Assembly (NCBI GenBank): GCA_043753995.1
Contig: JAYUVP010000037.1
Span: forward strand, 1 to 16,582
Length of the DNA: 16,582 nt
Source of the DNA: Fibrobacterota bacterium
Lineage (GTDB): Bacteria > Fibrobacterota > Fibrobacteria > UBA11236
Direction of reading: 5' to 3'
Both the position numbers and the translations under genes were made by a program. Below the pieces are notes generated by a model that worked only from the letters and a program-made list of their open reading frames with translations, did no database searches and was not told the origin of the DNA. Shown piece by piece: positions 1-6,472 of this stretch (within the stretch, counting starts at the first letter, position 1; every line of letters begins with the position of its first letter).

Positions 1-66
1 AATCAACGGTAATCGCATTGCCATTTGTCCCGATCCAACTCCTCCGGCCTTGGATCCTTGATCCAT
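1..66 (-). CDS. Possible 5' end of a divergent gene running off the left edge (MDQGSKAGGVGSGQMAMRLPLI...)
   Basis: The minus-strand frame is open from 66 to the window edge, with in-frame ATGs at 66, 24 and 18. A GGAGGAG SD-like motif lies at 45-39. Too short to assign a product. Confidence 0.3.
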   Translation of the reverse strand, partial: MDQGSKAGGVGSGQMAMRLPLI

Positions 67-108
67 TTGCCTTGATTCGCCGCGCGTTTTCGTTTCCGCC
101 ATTCCCAC

Positions 109-130
109 TTATCACGCCACCTGATAAAAT
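109..130 (+). promoter_or_regulatory. Extended -10 element (TGaTAAAAT, 122-130) overlapped by inverted repeat TTATCA-N7-TGATAA (109-127)
   Basis: Read directly from the sequence. The hexamer ends 5 nt before the ATG at 136 and there is no SD. Confidence 0.5.
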
Positions 131-135
131 CGCGC

Positions 136-1572
136 ATGGTCGATAATCAAGTGGCGGCGCAATTGCTGTTTCAGCACCGCGTAGTCAGCCAAGAGCAAAT
201 CCTGGCCTTATGGTCAGAAATCACACCGCAAAAAAACATTGCGTTTTTGCTTTTGGAAAAAGGTTTACTGCCTCGCGACACCTACGATCAATTGATGTCG
301 CATTTGCAAACCCCAGCGCTCCAAGGCGAGCATAACCCTGGGCCGGCCTATGCGTCGCCAGCCATGACGGAGGCTCCTTCCGTCGAGAAAACCGACGCGC
401 CCGTTGTCACGCAACCCCATCCTGAGCCAAAGTCCGAGACTTCCTCCGTTGTATTGACCGCCCGTAAATCCGGCCCGGTCGGCTCCACGGAAGATCCCGG
501 CCATTTAGAACCCTCCCTGAGCTTGGCGCAAATGCTGGTACATGGACGGGCCCAAGGTTTTTCCGATCTGCATCTTTCGGCCGGCAACCCCATTCATGTT
601 CGCCAGGGAGGCCGATTAGAGCCACGCAGCCAGGTCCAGCTGGATCGCGAATCCATGCAAAGATTGATTCGCGAAGCCTTAGGGGAAGATTTCGAAAACT
701 TCAACGGCAAAGGGGATTTGGAAACCGTTTTGGATTGGGGGCCCTTGGGACGTTTCCGTGTGGCGGCCTTAAAGCAACGCGCGGGTTACGATCTTACCGT
801 GCGCTTTATTCCCCAAACGATACGCAATTTCGAAGAATCTGCCCTGCCTGAATCGTGCCGAGAACTATGCCAATGGGCTCAAGGTTTAGTCCTTGTCACC
901 GGGCCTGCGGGCTGCGGCAAAACTTCGACCTTGGCCACTCTGGTAGAGCTGGTGAATCAACAGCGCAAAGACCATATCATCACTATTGAAGACCCGATTG
1001 AAATCGTCTACAAACCGGTCGGCTGCCAAATCACCCAAAGGCAAATCGGTCGCCACACCAAAAGTCGTGAGGCAGCATTGCGAGCCGCCTTGCGCGAAGA
1101 TCCCGACATCATTGTCATTTCTGAATTGCGCGATCTCGACACCATACAATTGGCCGTTTCCGCTGCTGAGACCGGCCATTTGGTTTTCGGCACCATGAAT
1201 ACCATCAATGCCACGCGCACCATTTATCGACTCATCGATTCTTTTCCGCCCGAAGAGCAAGGCATTATCCGAAGCATGGTCAGCGAATCCCTGCGCGGGG
1301 TGGTGAGCCAGCAATTACTGCCTCGCAAAAATGGCGTGGGCGTGGTTCCCGCCTATGAAGTCCTCATAGTCAATTCTGCGGTATCCAATATGATTCGCAA
1401 GGACGAGGCGCATCAACTGGGCACGGCCATGATTACCGGCAAGGGCTCGGGCATGGTGGTGCTCGACGATTCCCTTCGCAAGCTGCTCGATCAAGGCCTC
1501 ATTGACGCTGAAGAAGCTTGGGCCCACGCGACCAATCCCAAAGACTTCGAAAAATTCCTGGGCAAGAGGTAG
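136..1572 (+). CDS. pilT: PilT/PilU-family type IV pilus retraction ATPase with N-terminal extension
   Basis: SDLHL motif, Walker A GPAGCGKTST, Asp box TIEDPIE, ALREDPDIIVISELRD (Walker B), ETGHLVFGT and AVSNMIRK (AIRNLIRE-like). About 125 extra N-terminal residues. Confidence 0.9.
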   Translation: MVDNQVAAQLLFQHRVVSQEQILALWSEITPQKNIAFLLLEKGLLPRDTYDQLMSHLQTPALQGEHNPGPAYASPAMTEAPSVEKTDAPVVTQPHPEPKSETSSVVLTARKSGPVGSTEDPGHLEPSLSLAQMLVHGRAQGFSDLHLSAGNPIHVRQGGRLEPRSQVQLDRESMQRLIREALGEDFENFNGKGDLETVLDWGPLGRFRVAALKQRAGYDLTVRFIPQTIRNFEESALPESCRELCQWAQGLVLVTGPAGCGKTSTLATLVELVNQQRKDHIITIEDPIEIVYKPVGCQITQRQIGRHTKSREAALRAALREDPDIIVISELRDLDTIQLAVSAAETGHLVFGTMNTINATRTIYRLIDSFPPEEQGIIRSMVSESLRGVVSQQLLPRKNGVGVVPAYEVLIVNSAVSNMIRKDEAHQLGTAMITGKGSGMVVLDDSLRKLLDQGLIDAEEAWAHATNPKDFEKFLGKR

Positions 1573-1575
1573 ACC

Positions 1576-2625
1576 ATGCCCGCCATTGACACGCTCTTCC
1601 GCCAAATGATGGATGCCAAGGGCTCCGATTTGCATTTGGCACAAGGACAAAAACCCAAGACCCGCGTGCATGGCGAATTGGAAGAACTTTCCGGCCATGA
1701 TTTTTTAACCGAAGAGCGTCTCACCGGACTGTTGGGAGAAATTGCTGGCCATACGCGCTGGGAAAATTATCTCTCTGGGGGCGATCTCGACTTCGCCTAT
1801 GCCATTCCCGGTCTGGCGCGCTTTCGCGCGAATTACTTAAAGCATGCCGGAGGATTGGGCGCCGTATTTCGTGTTATTCCCAGCAAGGTGCTTAACCTTG
1901 AAGAAATAGGAGCTCCCGATGTTTTCAAACAATTCACTTCTTTGACTTCCGGCTTGGTCGTAGTCACCGGCCCCACCGGTTCAGGAAAATCCACGACCTT
2001 GGCCGCCATACTCGACCATATCAATAACTCGCTTTGTCGCAAAATCATCACCATCGAGGAGCCGGTGGAATTCGTGCATCAAAGCAAAAAGTCGGTTGTG
2101 ATTCACCGTGAAGTCGGCGATGACACCGCCGGCTTTCAGAGCGGCCTGCGGGGAGCCATCAAAAGTGATGTGAATATCGTCTTGGTGGGAGAAATGCGAG
2201 ATCGCGAAACCATCGAATTGGCACTCACTGCCGCGGAAATGGGCATTTTGGTTTTCGGCACCTTGCACACCAATTCAGCGGCCAAAACCATTGATCGCAT
2301 CATCGATGTTTTTCCCGCCAAACAAAAAAACCAGATTCGCAGCCAATTGGCCAATGCTCTCAAAGGAGTGGTCGCACAACAGCTTTTGCGCAGCGCCGAT
2401 GGCCACCGCCGCTGGGCGGCGCATGAAATATTGCTTTGGTGTCAGGCTCTTCCGGGGATTATTCGCGCCGGAGAGTCTTTGAAGTTGGGATCGGTTATGC
2501 AGATGAACAAGGGCATTGGCATGCAAACCATGGACGATTGCCTTTTAGAAATGGTCAAAAGCGGCAAGGTCACCTTGGAAGCGGCCTATATGAAAGCTCA
2601 AGACAAGACGCGCTTCAAGGGTTAA
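1576..2625 (+). CDS. pilT: PilT/PilU-family type IV pilus retraction ATPase
   Basis: GSDLHL, RFRAN, Walker A GPTGSGKSTT, TIEEPVE, LVGEMRDRET, GTLHTNSAAKTIDRII and GMQTMD. Starts 3 nt after the upstream stop. Confidence 0.93.
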   Translation: MPAIDTLFRQMMDAKGSDLHLAQGQKPKTRVHGELEELSGHDFLTEERLTGLLGEIAGHTRWENYLSGGDLDFAYAIPGLARFRANYLKHAGGLGAVFRVIPSKVLNLEEIGAPDVFKQFTSLTSGLVVVTGPTGSGKSTTLAAILDHINNSLCRKIITIEEPVEFVHQSKKSVVIHREVGDDTAGFQSGLRGAIKSDVNIVLVGEMRDRETIELALTAAEMGILVFGTLHTNSAAKTIDRIIDVFPAKQKNQIRSQLANALKGVVAQQLLRSADGHRRWAAHEILLWCQALPGIIRAGESLKLGSVMQMNKGIGMQTMDDCLLEMVKSGKVTLEAAYMKAQDKTRFKG

Positions 2626-2661
2626 AAAGGGTCTCAAGGCATTTTCTTCAACGAAACATGT

Positions 2662-2678
2662 ACGGAACGTAGCTTGCA
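2662..2678 (+). promoter_or_regulatory. Putative sigma-54 (-24/-12) promoter
   Basis: CGGAACGTAGCTTGCA has GG (2664-65), exactly 10 nt, then GC (2676-77), with TTGCA at -12. Compare the consensus TGGCACG-N4-TTGCW. It lies in intergenic DNA upstream of the next ORF. Confidence 0.5.
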
Positions 2679-2744
2679 GGTGCCGAGTCTCACAGCCGTT
2701 GCTATCTTCCGAAAAGGATGGAGAAGTCCGACGGAGAAATAACC

Positions 2745-3023
2745 ATGACACCGGATTCACCCTTGGGTCAGATGAATGCGCACGGCCACGCAGACCCGAC
2801 ACACCAAATGGGCAGCATGAGAAACGACGTCAAAGCCAAAATTGTGCAAGTCATCGAAGTCGAGCATGTGCGCGGCGGAGCCGACAATGAGCCCTTGCGG
2901 GCCGTGCGTACCTATTGGGATTTCAAAGGCAATTTGCTGGCCGAATACGATTCACTCGGCGACATCATGGCCGCCGAATACGCTCGTAAAAGCGAAGTTT
3001 ACCAAGCCCCTTCGCGCAATTGA
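2745..3023 (+). CDS. Small hypothetical protein (92 aa from ATG 2745; ORF extends to 2718)
   Basis: GGAG SD upstream of ATG 2745. The core AKIVQVIEVEHVRG...RAVRTYWDFKGNLLAEYD looks like a real protein, and the ORF fills the gap between pilT and panE. Confidence 0.7.
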   Translation: MTPDSPLGQMNAHGHADPTHQMGSMRNDVKAKIVQVIEVEHVRGGADNEPLRAVRTYWDFKGNLLAEYDSLGDIMAAEYARKSEVYQAPSRN

Positions 3024-3928
3024 CGCGCGCGCAAGAGCGCTTCAATCACCGATAATCCCGGCGCCTCATAACCTGCGGCGCGCATAATTTCCAGCGGGCG
3101 CGTATAAATGGCCTCAACCTCCATTTCTCGGCCTGAGTCGGCGTCGACCTTCATGCTTGGCTCATAAGCCACCATATTGCGTGTGGCTGAGAGCATTTTT
3201 TCGGAAAAATCCGTAGCGATGGGAATGCCGCAAGCCGCAGCTCCCATCACCACTTCGCGCATTAAGGCCAAAGCCATGGCCTCTCCTGAAGGCTGGCTTA
3301 TTAATTTCGAAGTGTCGACTCCGCAAAGCGTGGTGCTGCCATTGAAGGCCATATTCCAAACCAGTTTTCGCCAACGTGCAATACGCCAATCCGCCACGGT
3401 CGTCACGGTATCACCGGTGCGACGTAATAATTCCGCTACGGCTTCCAATTCCGGCGTCAGGCCCGCTGCCGCATCGGGATGAAATTGCGCCAGGGTAATG
3501 GCGCCAAGATCTTGATGCCAGATCCGGCCCGGCGCTTCGCGACGACAACACAAAAAGCACAAGCCCGAATAAATGTTTTCGGGCTTCACCCAAGGCAGGG
3601 CTTCGCGCTCAGGGTCAAGGCCATTCTGCAGAAAAACTACGGCGGTTTTCGGCCCCGCCACCCGAGACAAAATGGGCCCCAGGCTACGATTGGCTGTTGT
3701 TTTCCAGGCCACCAGAACTACATCGCAAACGGGTAGGGTCTCTGGAGATTCATGAATTGCCAAATTCCGCAAATGCCATTCGCCTCGAGGCGAGCGAATA
3801 TGCAAGCCCTCTTGCCTTAAAACCTCGGCGTCGCTACGTGCCAAAAAATGAACTTCAAGGCCGGCGGCTTGCAGCCAACCGCCATAAAGTCCCCCTACTC
3901 CCCCGGTGCCCAAAACGGCAATGCGCAT
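2999..3928 (-). CDS. panE: 2-dehydropantoate 2-reductase (ketopantoate reductase, ApbA/PanE family)
   Basis: Rossmann start MRIAVLGTGGVGGLYG, plus LQNGL, RWRKLVWNMAFN and PSMKVD...EVEAI. An AAGGA SD precedes ATG 3928, so the true start is downstream of the listed ORF start at 4174. Confidence 0.9.
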   Translation of the reverse strand: MRIAVLGTGGVGGLYGGWLQAAGLEVHFLARSDAEVLRQEGLHIRSPRGEWHLRNLAIHESPETLPVCDVVLVAWKTTANRSLGPILSRVAGPKTAVVFLQNGLDPEREALPWVKPENIYSGLCFLCCRREAPGRIWHQDLGAITLAQFHPDAAAGLTPELEAVAELLRRTGDTVTTVADWRIARWRKLVWNMAFNGSTTLCGVDTSKLISQPSGEAMALALMREVVMGAAACGIPIATDFSEKMLSATRNMVAYEPSMKVDADSGREMEVEAIYTRPLEIMRAAGYEAPGLSVIEALLRARQLREGAW

Positions 3929-3955
3929 TATTTCGTCCTTTTTAAGCCATTTGGC

Positions 3956-3984
3956 TTGCATTAAAGCGACATAAGAGATAATTT
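3956..3984 (+). promoter_or_regulatory. Putative sigma-70 promoter for rpmG
   Basis: TTGCAT (3956-61), 17 nt, TAATTT (3979-84). An AAGGAG SD precedes ATG 4007. Confidence 0.45.
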
Positions 3985-4006
3985 TCCCCGGCTCCAAGGA
4001 GTTTTC

Positions 4007-4189
4007 ATGCCACAGATTAAAGGCAAACGCGTGGTCGTCACCCTCGAATGCACCGAGGCTCGCGCACAAGGTCTTCCCCCATCGCGCTACATGACCACCA
4101 AAAACAAGTCCAAGCAAAGCGGCCGCATCGAGAAGATGAAGTACAACTGGTATTTGCGCAAGCACACCTTGCACAAAGAGGTTAAGTAA
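4007..4189 (+). CDS. rpmG: 50S ribosomal protein L33 (form lacking the CxxC zinc motifs)
   Basis: LECTE...SRYMTTKNK...[21 protein letters not shown] is typical L33. Strong SD. Confidence 0.96.
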   Translation: MPQIKGKRVVVTLECTEARAQGLPPSRYMTTKNKSKQSGRIEKMKYNWYLRKHTLHKEVK

Positions 4190-4200
4190 GCTTTTTCTGC

Positions 4201-4590
4201 ATGGCGTCCCTCTTCACGCGCATTATTCGGGGAGAAATCCCCTGCGAGAAGATTCTTGAGGACGATCGCTTTATCGCCTTCCTAGACATACGTCCGATTT
4301 CCGATGGCCATACCTTGGTGGTGCCTAAGGAAGAAAAGGACAGCCTCTTCGACTTCGATTCCCAGACCTTAGCCGCAGCCCTGCCCTTTGCACAAAAGGT
4401 GGCCAGGGCTATTGCCGTTTCCATGCCTTGCGCTCGTGTTGGCGTCATGGTGGCGGGTTTCGAAGTGCCTCATGCGCATATTCACCTGGTGCCGATTCAA
4501 AACGAAGGCGATTTGAGTTTTAGCCGCGCAAGGCCGGCTTCTCGTGACGTTTTGGCTCAAATAGGCGAGAAAATACGCGCTGCCCTTTAA
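4201..4590 (+). CDS. HIT (histidine triad) family nucleotide hydrolase
   Basis: FTRIIRGEIP, AFLDIRPISDGHTLVVPK and the triad motif VPHAHIHLVP. Confidence 0.93.
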   Translation: MASLFTRIIRGEIPCEKILEDDRFIAFLDIRPISDGHTLVVPKEEKDSLFDFDSQTLAAALPFAQKVARAIAVSMPCARVGVMVAGFEVPHAHIHLVPIQNEGDLSFSRARPASRDVLAQIGEKIRAAL

Positions 4591-4608
4591 GGCTGATATC
4601 TTTGGGGT

Positions 4609-5607
4609 ATGAATGACTTTCGCTTCCCCATTGATTTACCGGAAAGGCCTCGCCGCAATCGGCGTACGGCCGCCATTCGCGCCTTGGTACGTGAATCCCA
4701 TTTAAATCCCAATCACTTTATTTTGCCTCTATTCGTGATGCCTGGCCAAAACCAGCGTATTCCGATTGCATCCATGCCCGGCGTTGCCCGGCTTTCGCTT
4801 GATTTGCTCATTGCCGAGGCTAAAAGGGCCAGGGCCTTGGGCATTTCTGCGGTAGCGCTCTTCCCCGTTTTACCGGAATCGCAAAAAGATGCGCTGGCAA
4901 AAGAATCCACCAATCCGACCGGCCTTTTACAAGATACGGTGAAGGCCTTGAAGGATGCCGTGCCTGGTTTGGCCGTCATCACCGATGTTGCCATGGATCC
5001 TTATAGCACGGACGGGCATGATGGCTTAGTGCGCGATGGTATCATTCTTAATGACGAAACTTTGCCGATTTTGGCCGATATGGCCGTGGCCCAGGCCAGG
5101 GCCGGTGCCGATATCGTGGCGCCTTCGGACATGATGGATGGCCGGGTGGGTATCATTCGACAAGCCTTGGATGATGCTGGTTTTTCCGAAGTCGGTATCC
5201 TGGCCTATACCGCCAAATTCGCCTCGTCCTTTTACGGACCTTTTCGCGAGGCGCTCGATTCGGCGCCGCGACATGGCGATAAAAAGACCTATCAAATGGA
5301 TCCTGCCAATCGCCGCGAGGCCTTGCGTGAAGCCCGCCTTGACGTGCTGGAAGGCGCCGACATCGTTATGGTCAAGCCTGCCCTTCCCTATCTCGACATT
5401 ATCAGCGATATCAAGCAAGCGGTGGATGTGCCGGTGGCTGCCTATCAGGTAAGTGGCGAATACAGCCTAATTCATGCGGCGGCGGCGGCTGGCTATGTCG
5501 ATGGCAAGGCGGTGATGCTCGAATCTTTGCAGGCCATTCACCGGGCTGGTGCCGATATCATCCTAACCTATGCCGCCATTCAGGCCGCAGAATGGTTGAA
5601 CGGTTGA
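4609..5607 (+). CDS. hemB: Porphobilinogen synthase (delta-aminolevulinate dehydratase), Asp-rich non-zinc type
   Basis: RPRRNR, DVAMDPYSTDGHDG, APSDMMDGRV, AKFASSFYGPFREA, KKTYQMDPAN, EGADIVMVKPA and AAYQVSGEY. Confidence 0.97.
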   Translation: MNDFRFPIDLPERPRRNRRTAAIRALVRESHLNPNHFILPLFVMPGQNQRIPIASMPGVARLSLDLLIAEAKRARALGISAVALFPVLPESQKDALAKESTNPTGLLQDTVKALKDAVPGLAVITDVAMDPYSTDGHDGLVRDGIILNDETLPILADMAVAQARAGADIVAPSDMMDGRVGIIRQALDDAGFSEVGILAYTAKFASSFYGPFREALDSAPRHGDKKTYQMDPANRREALREARLDVLEGADIVMVKPALPYLDIISDIKQAVDVPVAAYQVSGEYSLIHAAAAAGYVDGKAVMLESLQAIHRAGADIILTYAAIQAAEWLNG

Positions 5608-5616
5608 GCATATAGG

Positions 5617-5641
5617 GCAGAATACTCCTTGGGTATTCTGC
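5617..5641. repeat. Intergenic inverted repeat GCAGAATAC-N7-GTATTCTGC
   Basis: Perfect 9-bp arms between hemB and the next gene. There is no U-tract, so it could be an operator or an RNA hairpin. Confidence 0.6.
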
Positions 5642-5662
5642 GCCGTGAACTAGCTTGGCCTC

Positions 5663-6472
5663 ATGCTTATACGCGTCGGCTATGAAATTTCCTTCGATTA
5701 TCCTGAGCCAACTGCCGTTGTGGTCATGCTGCTTTTGCATCCCTCACGCTTAGCGACAATTCGTAAGCCTGAGCGCTTTCAAGTGCAGCCCTCCATTCCG
5801 TATACCGAATACATCGACCTATACGGTAATCGCTGCGCCCGTGTTTTCGTGCCGCCTGGTCGCACCGCATTTCACAATGACGCCGTCGTCGAAGACAGTG
5901 GTTTGACTGATCCGCAATCCTGGGGAGCCAAGCAACACGACGTGCAGGAACTACCGCACGAAACCCTTGTGTATTTACTCGCCAGCCGTTATTGCGATAC
6001 CGATAGTGAATTGCGCGAAGTCGCCAAAAACAACTTTTACCATACCCCCCTAGGCTGGCCGCGCGTGCAGGCCATTTGCAATTTCGTGAACAAGCACATT
6101 CGTTTCGATTATATGCAGGCGCGCGCCAATCGATCGGCATCAGAAAGTTATCGCGAGGCCGTCGGTGTTTGCCGCGACTACACGCATTTGGCCATAGCCT
6201 TTTGCCGCATCATGAATATCCCTGCGCGCTATTGCACCGGCTTCCTCGGTGATATTGGCGTGCCTGTGGTGCCGCCCATGGACTTCAGTGCATGGTTCGA
6301 AGTCTATCTCGGTGGGCAATGGCATTCCTTTGATGCCCGCAACAATATTCCCCGTATTGGCCGCATTCTAATAGGCCGAGGCCGCGACGCGGCCGATGTT
6401 CCCTTAACGACATCTTTCGGCCTCAATCAACTCGCGGTCTTCAATGTATGGACTTATGAGGTTCCGGCTTAG
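5663..6472 (+). CDS. Transglutaminase-like (putative cysteine protease) family protein
   Basis: N-terminal DLYGNRC, YLLASRYCDTD, GVCRDYTHLAIAFCRIMNIPARYCTG and DFSAWFEVYLGGQWHSFDARNN. Confidence 0.9.
   Translation: MLIRVGYEISFDYPEPTAVVVMLLLHPSRLATIRKPERFQVQPSIPYTEYIDLYGNRCARVFVPPGRTAFHNDAVVEDSGLTDPQSWGAKQHDVQELPHETLVYLLASRYCDTDSELREVAKNNFYHTPLGWPRVQAICNFVNKHIRFDYMQARANRSASESYREAVGVCRDYTHLAIAFCRIMNIPARYCTGFLGDIGVPVVPPMDFSAWFEVYLGGQWHSFDARNNIPRIGRILIGRGRDAADVPLTTSFGLNQLAVFNVWTYEVPA

Noticed and set aside
32..65. Three GATCC copies near the left edge as iterons or methylation sites
   Set aside because: Very short, irregularly spaced, and probably within the coding start of the divergent gene.
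3929..4174. N-terminal 82-aa extension of the panE ORF as listed (2999..4174)
   Set aside because: It is mostly the antisense shadow of rpmG plus intergenic DNA. The Rossmann fold and SD place the start at 3928.
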